Below are positions 12,361 through 25,500 of a DNA stretch of 64,000 nucleotides, piece after piece; within the stretch, counting starts at the first letter, position 1, and each line of letters begins with the position of its first letter. The DNA is from Takakia lepidozioides (Eukaryota; Plantae; Bryophyta): assembly GCA_030704615.1 (NCBI GenBank), contig CM060732.1:76632001-76696000 (forward strand). Reading direction: 5' to 3'. The notes under the pieces were generated by a model that did no database searches, had not been told where the DNA came from, and saw only the letters and a program-made list of their open reading frames with translations. Position numbers and translations under genes: made by a program.

Positions 12361-15300
12361 AGCGCCCCAAGAAAAACTACCCATCAATCAACGCTGAGTA
12401 CACCTGTAGACTTTGTATGAACTATAGTAAAGAATGAAACATGAACAACTACTTTTGGGCAATCAACTAAGCTAGCCATAGTTTGTGAGTTACATTGGTG
12501 TTTGGCCAGTAGTCTAAAGGAGAAGCGCCTGCTATTAGTTACACAGGCTTTGGCTGGAGTCTTCTCTCTCTTGTTACTATAGTACTAGGGGTATGACGCT
12601 AGAAACCTGAATATATGTATACAGACTGAGCTTGGGGTCAAGTACAATCAGAGAGGTCATAGAGCTCTATTGTTAGTTAATATACTTCTTAGACACAACC
12701 AAGTTGTAGCCCAGTGGTAAGGGGGTCAATCCACTGATTGGTGTCGCAAATGTGTCCACCTTCCTGCTGAAAGGCACTAACCCACTGGGGTAAGAGTCAC
12801 ACTAATGTACGCATCCTTCCTTAATTGCATCCTTCCTTAATTCTAGTTGTTGATCATATTGCTTGTAGCTGTAGATTATCATGGCGTTGGCAAATCTAAG
12901 CAAGTGAGTAGGGAAGTAGCTATGACATCTGCATAGTGGATCCAATATGTCTCAAAAAATTCAATGGAGACAACTAAGTATGTCATAGTTCCACATCTAG
13001 ACATTTTATAAATGGTAATGCTATTGAGAAGGGAAAAGTCTGGAATCATCATGGATAGAACAAAAGTTAGCTGGCCAACTCATGCAAGCTATGATGAAGT
13101 AATACCCCTTCTTTGGTGTAAGAAGCATATATAGGGGACAAGCCTGAAAAGACAAAAATTGATAATATGGATTATCACATTAAAACAACACTCAACTACT
13201 ACTGTAGAGGCCGCTATATTTCGATTCGACGGACCCCAGCCGGAATCATTAAATATATGTAGGTCGTCAGGTCCAGCAGGCTTAATGACAATATTAATTA
13301 CTTCGTTCCGACTTCATCCAATTTTTCAAGAATTGGGCACTTGTGGTATATGTCAAGATTCACTTGCAGTTGACATTCTCTGTGGTAAGTCATAATTATC
13401 GTTAGCCATAACTCTCTACCAAGCCATAGTCAAGGCCAGTGGTAAATATTTTTAATAAGTCTCAAACTTTGTTTTTATTATTATTTTGCTTTCCAAACTT
13501 AACGATTAGGAGTTACCATATTGCTACCTTTTGTTTTCAAAGTTCATCTTTTTAAGTGCAGATTATTCCCATATTTCGTCTACTCCCATGGCAGAATTTT
13601 AAAATATTCGTTCTCTCTTAAAATGAATTAATTAAAGACGAAATAGAGTATGGTAGTATACTTTGTCATCATTGTGAAACAATCTCAAAACCACCACGCC
13701 TACAAGTTCATCATCTATACATCTCATATCATGTCACTCCTCCCTCTACACCACCACAAAAACCAGCATGTCATCTGGGCTTATCAATCTCTCTATCCGA
13801 GCTTCCTTTTTTTCCCCTGGCTCTGAGCCTCCACCAACACCTTATTTGTTCAGGTGACCTCTCCAACCGGTAAGCAAAGGGTAAGCAGCCATTTGTGCTT
13901 AGCAATTATTCAATATGGTGGTCACATGGCAATTGCTGCAGGTGGTGTCGCTTGCGAACTTTTGATAGCCACGTCATAATGACTGTGGCTCCCTAGTCCC
14001 ACCTGGGACACCTCAGAGACGCCTAGGGATATTTGTAATCTAGGATTAGCCTAAACAGAGGCCTTGTCCCTACAAGGCAAGGTAGGGCACATTAAAGGGC
14101 TTTGGCATTAATGCCAGGAGCGAGCCCCCTCCGGGCCCACCCTCCATGTCTTTGCCATGCCCCTTGATGGCCATACCCACTCCTCGCCATGCATGCCCTG
14201 CCATGCTCCATGCGCCTTCCCCCACGCCCCATGCGAGGCCCCATGCCACATGCTCCATAGTCATGTTTGTTATTCATAGATGATTTTAAGGGGATGAGTC
14301 TAAAATGGAGGAGGTTAGGGGTGGGTTTAGGCTCGATAGGGTCGCGACTGTCTTAACATTGCTTATCTTGGCTCCCAAAGCAAACAACGGGGTTCTATGG
14401 ATTAGTGAGTGGATTAGTGGACGCGAATATGACTAGATTAGATTAGTGAGGTGAGCTTGTGGATCACTAAACGCTTGATGTGATGCAGGGCGTTCAAGAG
14501 CTTCGAGGAAACCGCGGTCGAGATTTCCTTGGCATAGCACTTTGGTGATATAAGATATGTTTAGGGGAAACCGCGGTCGAGGTTTCCCCGGCATACCATT
14601 AACAAAAGCAACCATAATAAAAGGAACTCACATAGTTTGCAAAGAACTCACTAAGCCCCAAACAAACAAAACCCTCAACCAGCCGTCGCCCTAAGAGATC
14701 CTAATCTCATCCATCTTAAATTCATCCCTAAATTCATCCATGGGTAACAAACATGCTATGGAGCATGTAGCATGGGGGAGGGCTCATAGAGCGTGGCGAG
14801 CAAAGGCATGTGGGCCTATAGTGGGATTAGTTGACTGCATTAAATGGCATAAGGCTTTATTATAGCCCTTAATGAGTGGCTTCCTGTAGGGCCTTTGGAT
14901 ATTCCTAATCTAGGATTAGCATCAAGAGAGGCTTGTCCCCACAGGAAGTCACTCATTAATGGCTGTAATGAAGCCTTCTGACATTTGATGCAGTCAACCA
15001 GCCCCACTATGGGGCCACATGCCCTTGCCTGGCCATGCCCACTTAGTGGCCATACTCTGAGTTCTTTGCAAACTGAGGGAACCTCGAATGCGCTTCCTCA
15101 AGACATATTAAGATACATCATCATGTCAGGGAGACCTCGATCGCAATTTCCTCTAGACATATCTGATATCACCAAAGTGTATGCCAGGAAACGTCGACCG
15201 CAGGTTTCCCCCAAACATATTTGATATCACCTAAGTGATATGCCAGGGAAACCTCAACCGTGGTTTCCTTGAAGCTCTTGAACGACTTGTACCACATCAA

Positions 15301-15715
15301 GTGTTTAGTGATCCACAAACTCATCTCACTAATCTAATCTACTCATAATCGCGTCCACTAATCCACTCACTAATTCATAGAACCCCGCTGTTTGCTTTGA
15401 GAGCCAAGATAAGCAATGTTAAAATAGTTGTGACCCTAACGGGCCTAAATCCACCCCTAACCTCATCCCTAACCTCATCCATTTTAGACTCATCCCACTA
15501 AAATCATCTATGGATAACAAACATCACCCCCGACCATGCGGCATGGGCTTCGCATGAAGCATGGGGAAGGCGCATCGAGCATGGCGGGGCACGCATGCAT
15601 GGGGAGGAGTGGGTTTGGCGATCAAGGTGCATGGCGAGGAAATGGCAGGTGGGCTTGGGGGCTTGGCTTGGCATTAATGACAAAGCCCATTAATGTGCCA
15701 TGTCTTGTAGGTAGG

Positions 15716-16656
15716 TGTTAGAAATCAACTGGTGACCAAGTTACTATTACCTAGAGTTACTGTGATGACAAGTCAAGCTTCCATAATAGCAGTGCTGACA
15801 AGTCACATTTAACAATAAAAATAAGCCTGGGTTAGCTAAACACTACAACAGATCGCGGTATATATAACTATATATATAACTATCCGTAGTCGTAAACGGT
15901 ACATATGACTGCGCTGACTGCAAGTCGTGCAAACCAAGTGATACATCTCACTGTCATTTGGCAGTCATATATACTTTTACCATACATGACTTAGTGTGCT
16001 GCTGCAAACTGTACACGTGTCTCTTTTTAATAAGTCTAGGAGGTTTTGTGGATGTGCGCCATATAGCATCTTCAAAAACTGCCACGTGGCATATCCATGA
16101 GGAGGTCCTGCAGTCATTATCCTGACTACAACCATGCTAATATCTGGACACGTGGCACCATATGAGTAGTTTATTTTGAACTTTAAATGTATTTAAAGTC
16201 ATTCCCACGACTATACCTATAGGAGCTCATTGCCAGGTGTTTTCTCAAAGATATGAATGGGAGTAGTCAAGTGCTTAACTTGGTAACTCGTTGAGTGGGG
16301 GTGTTGGAAATCAACTCATGATCAAGCTAGAGTTACTGTGATGACAAGTCAGGCTTCCATAATAGCAGTGCTAACAAGTTAGTTAACAATAGAGATAAGC
16401 CTCCGTTAGCTAAAATATAGCTAAAGTTAACTTCAGTTATTAGTGACTCAAGTCATTGTACCAGAATAGCATGTGGAGATAACTTAAGAAAAAGCATGGA
16501 GTTATGCTATAGTTATCTCAACTATTTCTGGATTAGACTTTGAGTACAAATAGGGAGAGCTCGGTGGACACACAGCTTGTTGTGGTCTTATGATTGGGTG
16601 GAGAGTTCTCAATAATCAGTTCATTTTTTATCTCTATTCTCTGTCAAATTCCAACA
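15716..16656 (+). mobile_element. Internally deleted LTR retrotransposon relic (copia-like 3' end)
   Basis: TGTT...AACA ends, 5-bp TSD GTAGG (15711-15715, 16657-16661). Partial 5' LTR 15716-15840 matches the 3' LTR 16302-16656. Polypurine tract GAGTGGGGG just before 16302. Confidence 0.8.
15841..16290. mobile_element. CACTA-type transposon end fragment inside the LTR relic
   Basis: Starts CACTACAACA, the same terminus as the reverse complement of 53600-53609, with GTCAT/ATGAC subterminal repeats. Confidence 0.5.
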
Positions 16657-17862
16657 GTAGGGACAAGGCCTCTCTCTAGGCTAATCCTAGATTACAAATA
16701 TCCTGAGGCTAGGGACAAGCCTCTCTTGAGGCTAATCCTAGATTAGGAAATCCAGAGGCGCTACATACGCCTGGCCCCACACATGCATGTAGGCCACCCA
16801 CTCCATGCCTTGGTCTAGCTTGATCGCCACTCCTCTAAACACTCATGGGTCCGCCTTTCCCTTTCCTGCCCTACTCTACTTCCCCAAGTATGATTACAAT
16901 CTAGTATGTCCCCAAAAAATTATACTTCTCATATTCATATTTGGTTTCTATTAATTAATGGATTCATGTTTGCTGTTTTTTTGCCCACTACTTAATAATT
17001 TAGTAAGTAGTAATTTAGTAGGTAATAAGAGGGGCCTCCCTTATATACCCTCTAACCTCTAAGGGCTGTGGGGCCTTCTAGAAGCCCGCAGACCCTGGAC
17101 CCTTCTAGAAGACCCTGGACACATGTCAGCCCTACAAGACTCCCTATCTAGATTTGGCCAATTTAATACCTCTCGCGTTCCTCTCTTCCTTTTTTGGACA
17201 CCTTGATGTAATTTCCTTCATACACGTGGCCTTGCTACGGAAGCCCCTCACTCTAATTCATGGGCCACAGTAATTCCTGGACCACTCTAGATAGGGGGCA
17301 GAGGGAAATTTTATTAATCAAAAGAGGCAAGAACAACACGGAGGAAAAAATAACCTCTAGTAGGGCCGTGTCGACGTAACGCATGGGGAACACCCATAAT
17401 CTCTTTCATAGTAACAAGGCTCACTTTCAGATTGAATATAATCCCAATAAATAGTTTTACGTTACGTGAGGTTAGGGAACTTCTTTGTCGTGATTCGTGG
17501 AGCTCATTTGAGTCATTCATTTTTGCTTCTCAACTATCTCTTCCCGTGTTCGACTCCCGCTCATGTGGTAGCGTTGCTTTGTTTTTGTTGACATCGGCTT
17601 ACTCTCCATAACATCACTATGCTACAATCCTAGCCATGGACTTCCATGTCACACTGGAGCTCACTGTCGCTCGTGTGATAAGGCCCTCATTTTGAAAATA
17701 TTCATGTGCTTTATTAATCCCTCCCTAACTGTCACATTCCTTGATTGGCCCAAAAAATTTACAGGGCTTACACTGGGTAGTAGTTACTCAGCTAATGTGG
17801 TCAATTTTGAAAAATTCCCATTTCTCCAACATTTACAAGATTTTTTAACCTGCGGGGTCCAC

Positions 17863-18050
17863 TTTTTTTTTTTTTTTGGAGAACCGGGGTTGAGGCCCTA
17901 GTGAATTTATTAATCAGAAAAAGATACTGGAGGAAAAAAATAACCTCCGGGGCGTGAAGGCATGGGAACAAAGGGAACTACCTGGGGACAAAACAACCAG
18001 GGGCAGGGAGGGGGGGAACAGGGTGGGCAACACCGAGCCCTACAGGGGGG
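17863..18050 (-). mobile_element. Poly(A)-tailed retroposon 3' end (LINE/SINE-like); related fragment at about 17305-17360
   Basis: T-run at 17863-17877, followed by a segment (TTTATTAATCA...GGAGGAAAAAA(A)TAACCTC) that recurs at 17305-17360. No TSD found. Confidence 0.35.
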
Positions 18051-18593
18051 GGACTCTAAGCCATTTTCCAAAAGTCAAAGTAAGTTCCCATTTGGCGCCT
18101 AAACGCCCAATAGGCCCTACAGTGGCTTCTCTCTGGTCACACGTAGTTTTCACTTTGAAAAAAATATTTTTTGCATTTGAGTTAATCAAGTCTAGTCTCT
18201 ATTCCACTTTACGAGTCATCAAAATTCCAATTATTGAAACTCTTATAGCAATTACCAATTCAATGGGTCAAGAGCCATTTTGTTCTTCAGCATAGTTTTT
18301 CTATCGAATTTTTCAACAACTTTTTTTTACTTTTAAATATACTATAGTGTTTTTCATTGTGATTTACACCCAAGGTAAACTTTTCATAAATTTTGGATAC
18401 TTATTGTAATTGATATGAGTTTTTGAAGACATTAAGCTTAAGAAAATCATAATATTTCACTTTTAATGAGACAATTCTGAAAAATTCAAGATTTATAGTA
18501 AACATATAGGTTCATCTATGAAAAATATTTAAGAAACAAATTCTCAAATTCAAGAGCTACAGATCGAAGTTTGACTACATTGAGAATTGCGTG

Positions 18594-18609
18594 GTCCTTT
18601 AGGGGTTAA
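18594..18609. mobile_element. piggyBac-like terminal inverted repeat plus TTAA
   Basis: GTCCTTTAGGGG|TTAA is the exact reverse complement of TTAA|CCCCTAAAGGAC at 45286-45301. Confidence 0.55.
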
Positions 18610-19303
18610 GGGTTGATGTGTTAACCTTGTGTACTGTTAGTTTTTCCCTACTCCCCACCATTAACATGTATGCAGGACAAACTGTATGTCCCACTCAGAG
18701 TGCGTCAGTGGGCCTGAGTGTGTAGAGTTGTCCCCATCTTTCTCTTCTTGCCCACCCATATAATATCGGAAGGATGGTCCCCAATAACGCAGGCGGGGCC
18801 CGGTGGTCCTTCCGACATAGTATGTACTATCGTCCGGGGCACTGATATCAAAGCACGTCTTCAGTTGGGGCCACTTGGAAAGTAGGCGATGGACTTGGAA
18901 CTGGTGAGCCAAAACTTTAAGAGCAATTTCTTAACTTGTTAGAGCTACTGTGACTCATGTGCACCAGCGTGAGGAGGCATGACAAAGTTGGAAAACCATA
19001 AACAAGAGAAGTATCCCACGTGATGCTCCCAGCACAGGGGCCAGGGGATCAGGAACCTCCCATGAACATGAGATAAGACTGTCAGGAGTCGGTGGAAGCG
19101 GGACCTACAGGAGCAGAGTACATATATACTCTTCTCTGTAAAAAATGTGGGACCTCCAATTCAATAAGCCACCAACTGCTTGGTTGAAAGCCCTTCCAAA
19201 GCATTCGAGGGAAGCGTCTATTTCTCAACCACTCAGTGAGACGGGCTGAATCTCGTACTTGAACTGTCTCTTTGTTTATTTGGGGTCTCTTCACCGCAGA
19301 ACC

Positions 19304-20165
19304 ATGCCGACAACACCAGAAGTTTCAGAAGTGTATGCGACCACTCCTGAGCGCCTCTTTAAGCTGTTTAAGCTATTCGAGACACATCTACCCCAGCTCG
19401 TCCCTCATATAATCACTAAGGCAGTGCATGTTCAGGGCGATGGTGGCGTTGGCACAATCAATATCTACACCTTTGGGCATGGTATGTACAACTTTCTTCC
19501 TCTCCGCCAGCTTAGGTGATCGCATCTCATTGCCCATGTTTCAAAACTACCCAGGTGGTTATAAGCCAGTGGCAGCTCATTTTCCATTCAGTCAATTCTA
19601 ACAGTACATACTATGTTAAGGAGTGTGGAAAGCTCGACTCAAGTGGGTGTGGCTCTTTGATCTAGGGTCTTAAGTAGCAGCTGAAAGGAGATCAGTCGAC
19701 TGTCCAGAAATGTAGTGATCTATGTTTCCAGCTTTATAGCCATGAAGCAGGCCATTGAAGATTCACATTTTGCACTTGCACGGGATGCACAATGCATATG
19801 CGCGGCACGATTTTAATATCTTGGACTTGATCTGCTGTTTGTTGATGCCTTTAGCCTTATCGAAAGACAGAATGGCGGACACTACAGGGAGCGTGACCCT
19901 GACGGACACTACCGAGGTGTATGACGAAGATACCAAGACCATGGTCATTGACGGCAAGGGAGATCCTCGATACAGCTCCCTCAAACTGAAATTTCAGCTC
20001 TACCCCGGACCAATTCCTGGCACTACCAAATTAATCTCATTTGCAGAATACACACCAGTGGGGGATGCGCTCGGCCCAGAAGAGTATACCTGTCTTCTTC
20101 CTGAAATATTCGCATCTCTTGTGGCCCTTCCAGAGGATAAGTTAGAGGAGTTAGAGGAGAGTTAA
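19304..20165 (+). CDS. Bet v1/PR-10/MLP-like protein, copy B (2 exons, 162 aa), recent duplicate of copy A
   Basis: Exons 19304-19481 and 19855-20165. Near-identical to copy A including intron and flanks (about 11215-13140 vs 18995-20740). Confidence 0.8.
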
Positions 20166-21842
20166 AACGCCTGAAAAACAAACTAGGCATCAATCAAAGC
20201 TGAGTACACCTGTAGAATTAGTATGAACTGAAGGACTACAGCATAGGGTGAAAAATGAACAACTTTTGGGCAATCAACTAAGCTTACCAATATAGTTTTG
20301 TAAGTCAGTAAACTTGTTAGGGGGCCAGTATGCCTCTAGAAACCTCAACATGTACAGAGCTTGGGGTGTTCAAGTACCTTCGGAGAGGTGATAGAGATCA
20401 TATAATCGTTAGCTAATATACGTCTTAGACTTCTGATCTTTCAGTTCAGCTAGTTTGTTGATCAAATTGCTTGTAGTAGATTTTCAACTACAATAGGGTA
20501 TCATAGCGTTAGCATATCTAAGCACGTGAGCAGGAAAGTAGCTATGACAGTTTTCCAGTGGATCCAACATGTCTGATCAGTCACAAACTCAATGGAGACA
20601 ACTACAATATAGTTCCACATAAATTTTTTTGCTATGAATTGGAATCATCCTGGATACAATAGAAGTTAGGCCAATCATGCTAGCTAGATTAAGATGAAGT
20701 AGTACCCTTCTTTTGGAGTAGGAAGCATATATAGGGGACAAGAAAGATGGAGCATCAATTCAAAAATGTTATATCTGAAAGATTAGCAAATCTGCCACAT
20801 AATCAAGCAGCTTGAACTTTCGAACAAAGTTTTGGATCATCAGTTGGTGGCAGTGTTTGAAACCAAAGATGCCGCCGCTAATAAGATACATTGAATCACA
20901 CAAAAACTTCAAAGCCTGAAAATGACATAACCTTCTTGTCTAGAGGAAAATCGTTTTTGTTTGATGAGCTTATGTCTGAAACTGAAAAAGCATGGTCCAT
21001 GCCATGTTTGAAGGTTTGAAAACTGAGGAGTATTTACGGATTGAATGCATGAATTGAAAAATGTTTGAAATATATGACAAATCTCAAGGAGGTCATCATC
21101 TCTATAGTACCATGGTTTAAGTGCTTCTGAATAATCCGTACGTATAAGCAACAGCTTCCATGCAACTATTGTCTTGTGAAGTTCGGATGAATCGCAACTC
21201 AGGACTCTCTAAATTGGTGTTTACAAGTGTTTCCATGTTACGACCTCGTTACGACAGGTCAGCACATGATTGTTCATATGATCTTCCTGCAACAAGATGC
21301 TAGATGGTTGCGATGTCAACTGCTTGCTCAGTACAAACAGGCATGTGTTTCTCTTGACGATAGGGTGAGTTCTCTTTGAGCTTCACCTTTTTCGAGGAAT
21401 TAGAAAGTAGCTAGTCCTGAGGTAGACTCTCCATTTGAGTGAACAGGGGGGATGGCGAAGCAGGTGTTCATGCGCATAGCTGAGAGGGGGAAGACAAATT
21501 CAAAAAGAAGAGGGGAACGAGACTAGGAGAGCAGATATTGGATGCTAGCGTTGGTGAAGGATAGAGTTTGATTTGGGTCTTCCACATTCCCTCGGAAAGG
21601 CGGCAATTTGCTGAGAGTTAGTTTATGGCAACAGGAAATGGTTCTGTTTTGGGGAAGGGAGCTGACAGAGATGTGCACATGAATATCATATGTTTGGTCC
21701 AGTTGAGGAAGACAGTACTGAGTTGGTCCAATTATCTTCTATACACAACAAAGTTTATTTGCCCAGGTGGTGTCAATACTGTATGCATCTTGCTGTAGTT
21801 ACTCCAATTGTTCCAAAAGTAAATTGAAACAGTGGTGCGGTC

Positions 21843-21949
21843 GTGCGGTCATACCAAGGCTACTACAGAGCCCATCAGAATTCTGAAGGTATCTCTGAAG
21901 CGCCTTTGGGCCGGATCAGTACTGTGGGTGGCTTCCCGCTCCTGCACCC
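21843..21949 (+). pseudogene. Degenerate solitary 5S rRNA copy
   Basis: GTGCGGTCATACCAAGGCTACTACA..CCCATCAGAA(T)TCTGAAG...AAGCGCCTTTGGGCCGGA..AGTACTG matches the recalled seed-free plant 5S rRNA. Has an internal insertion, a shortened 3' half and no T-run terminator. Confidence 0.75.
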
Positions 21950-22566
21950 TCTGGAGCTTTAATGAAACAAAATATTAAAATTTATTTCCGGCTTCAATAA
22001 AATAAAGAGAGGCCCTATGATTGAGCCGATGAGAATTGAATATCACACCAGGTTATATCTTTCATCCGACTGGATGCTACGATGCTACCGTAGGAGCTAG
22101 TGTTGAAATTGAAATCAGTCACCCTTCCAGCTTTGTGGAGCCTTCAATAGCTATATATCATGCATACCGTGTCCACATCATATCTACAATATACATGAGA
22201 CCAGTTGGAACGCATCAACTCCGAATCAGTGTAAACCCAAGACTTTACGCCACTGAGTTTATGTTCTTCATGAACGAGAACTCGTAGATTAAACCTCACT
22301 CAGTGACTACACCATTAAATTGGGGAATTTCATAAATATCTGCTGTGATCCGAAAATCCTGAAAGTAAAAAGGATTTGTAATCCTGATGCATGCCTCCCT
22401 CTTTTTTTGAGGGGGAGGGGGAGAATGAATAGGATTATGGGCCGTTTGGCCCGGTTGAATCATATAACCTATCTCATTTGAGCTATGTATAAATTTAATA
22501 CATGTATGATCAGAAAGACGTATGGGGATTCATAGATACCCGAATGATCTTGGATTAAGGTCCTGA

Positions 22567-25500
22567 TCATGATTTGGTGATTGCGAAGGAATCTTTCACT
22601 TGCCCACTTGTAGAGGATATATACTGCACAATAAGTAAATTCAGCAAAGCACGCGATTAGTCTTTCATGGGTTGTGTCTGTTCTCGAATCATGCCTATCC
22701 TCATCAGCCTTATGCATCGCAGAGCATATATATGTATATTCTCTTTGTGCAGCTCAGAACTGCACCTGAACTGCAAGACTGCCAGACCTTTGCAAAATTC
22801 CAATGGCCTCCGTCTCTACGTCTTCACGAGTGCATGAATGCATTGTTGGTCCTCTGCATGTGTGGAAGAATTCGGAAAGTTCATAGACATCAATTTCCTA
22901 CCTGGAAAAGGAGGCGATTAGCATTAGCCTGGATGTAGCTGTAACCATATTCCGAAATACGCGACAGACTCCATGCTCCTGGCTGTGAAATCCAAACGAA
23001 GTTCCCTGTTAGCGGATGACTTTGACAGTCAAGGCCGAAATAGAAAGATTATATATATATGTTACGCATACAAACACCACTGTCTGGCACCTAGTACATA
23101 GATTCGCGTTAGAGAAAAGCCAGGGATCTGCCTGCAGACCTATGTTGATCTAGAAAGAATTAGGTCGACAGCTTACAGATGATGAGAATTTGGTGTCTAG
23201 AGTGAATCCAGCCATGCCGATGACAGCGTGCACTGGGGCTGTGTAAGTGGCAGAGTTGTAGGTATCAAGACCATTGCTGTCTTTTGAAGGCATGCCCAAG
23301 CAGTTGTTTTGATACACTGCACATGTGCGCTCATAGTTGTGCACATGTCCCCATACCACCAGGTCCACCTAAGCCAGCAAAAGCATCAACACGTCAGTTC
23401 AAAAGCCTCCTAATCTTCCCCTTAAATTGGAATTTGGATCCATTCGTTTTGGTTTCCTTGCTGCACAACGAAGGCGCTAAGTTTAGTTCGGTGGCTGGAA
23501 TTTTGAAGAAAGCGCGAGCTTAGCAACCTTTGTTCCTTTTCAATATAAGATGCACAGTGTGCAAATGTATGAGAATGAACTAGGAGAATTCCATGTCCAG
23601 ATGGTGATCTGCATGCACACTAAACAGTCTATATCGAATCCCAATTGATGTTACAGTTGTGAACGTCCAAAAGTTAGGGACATCACGAGCGAACAAAGAA
23701 GCTTTAATCTTAACAAATGTTTCAAACGTTCTCAACTGGAAAGTGCGGGCTTGGAAATGAAGGATGAACTACGTACCTGGCCATTCAGAAGCAGAGGCTC
23801 TATAGCAGGGGGAAAATTGGGGTCCACCGCTGGCAAGATCTTGCTCACGATGCCACTGTCGACGGACGAGTATGCTGGGCGATGCCTGCAATATATGGAG
23901 AAACGTAGAGCCTATTACTCGAGATCTCAAGTGAGCAAGTTCAACTTTTTGACCAATCCAGAAAGCGACGGTTATCCTCGGGGGAGCACATCACAAACAA
24001 AGTGAAAGCCATCTTCATCTAGACGTAAATTTAGATTAGTAAGTCGAGAGAGGGAGACAATTGTTAAAGAGAGATCTCGAGTCTTATTCCGATCTGGACC
24101 AGAAGCTTGGCACTTAAGACGTGCCTTCAGAAAGTTGAATCATGCATTCTTACCCGGCAAAGATAACCCATGGTGTCTTAGTTCGATCCACTGAAGCCAG
24201 GTCGTTTTTAATCCAGTCATACTGGTGACAGACATACGACATATCAAAATTTGTAAGGAATTTTAGAACCGCACCAGAAGATCAATCATCCCCTCTCCGA
24301 AAACAGGTTTGTTTCATAGCTAAACACGCGTGACCACAAGGCAGGTACTAGCAGTGCCAACCAGGTACAATTGAATGGTAGCTCGTTAACGGGTCAACCT
24401 GGCTTTCCTAGTCCAGATCATTATACCAAAGTTATAACCTGTCTGTAGGTCTATTTAGAAATGAAATCCAGTCTAGGCATCATGTCATGTACCTCCAGGG
24501 TCGTGAGAAACTCAAGGAAAAGATAATGACCAACCTGAAGATGTCAAGGGCTAGTCATCACAGTCTAATTAGGCAGAAGCGTTTAAACCTGCTCATTTCC
24601 AGATGTCCAAGCGTGCTCAGTCGACATGATGGTGAAATGCACGGGGCCCGACTCAAATGAGTACCATGGCTTGTCCTGTGCTGATGTTGGCATTTGAAAA
24701 TATGACTCGTATGCCACTCCACATTCACCCCCAGAATCGGAAGTTTCGTAGACAGAACCAGAGCCTGGGAAGTCTCTGCCATTCCAACATCCAGATTCAC
24801 GCGATTTGTGAATACTCACACGTGACCAAGTGCGTGACAATCATTGAGGATATCGAAAGAACCTTGGCAGTGTCATTGCTCCTATATGGGAGTCTCTAGA
24901 ACTCTAGATCTCATTTATTTTGTATTATCCGTGACACTCATCTCGGCACCCAAAGAAAATTCTTGGAGGCTAGGTTAAGCCCCTGAAACCCATAGCTCCT
25001 CGCTTCAACTGAAATAGTTCCTTTCAAATGAGACCTTCACACTATGTCAGATCCTCAGCCCCAAAATCCTGTGAGAGACGTAAGTCCATGCTAGGGGTGT
25101 TACGCTGATCACAAAGGCTATAAGGTGTGCCCACTCCAGTGAAATACCGTCAATTCATCACGGGAACTCGGGAACTTGATCTTAATTATATACGATCGTC
25201 TGAGCTGTAAACTTCAGGGATTGAGGGCCGGGCTGCACCTTTCATGGTTGCCGATGGCTGTCATGTAGGAGACTTTGGAAGCAATAGGGTTGATCATCTC
25301 CAAAAATGAGTCCCACTCTACCAGAAAGCCTGTGGCGTAGCTTATGTCGCCGATGTGCACCACGACGTCCACATTTCCTGAAGAAGTCAATTGACTTCCT
25401 ACTGCATCTATTACTCCCAACGATCCAGGCTGCACATCCCCAGGCATATCCATCTCAGCAATAGGTACATGATCACATGTGTGAAAACTCACCTGGAAGA

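Larger units (their letters stand above)
14021..16759. mobile_element. Non-autonomous long-TIR (foldback) element with a second, oppositely oriented copy (14891-16709) nested in its right TIR
   Basis: Termini GCCT...AGGC carry a shared TAATCTAGGATTAG motif. 14021-14595 is the reverse complement of 15178-15715 plus 16657-16709. The inner copy is flanked by TAGG (14887-14890, 16710-16713). Confidence 0.65.

Noticed and set aside
14300-14340. Telomere-like TTAGGG/TTTAGG words in the foldback element
   Set aside because: Isolated words rather than a tandem array.
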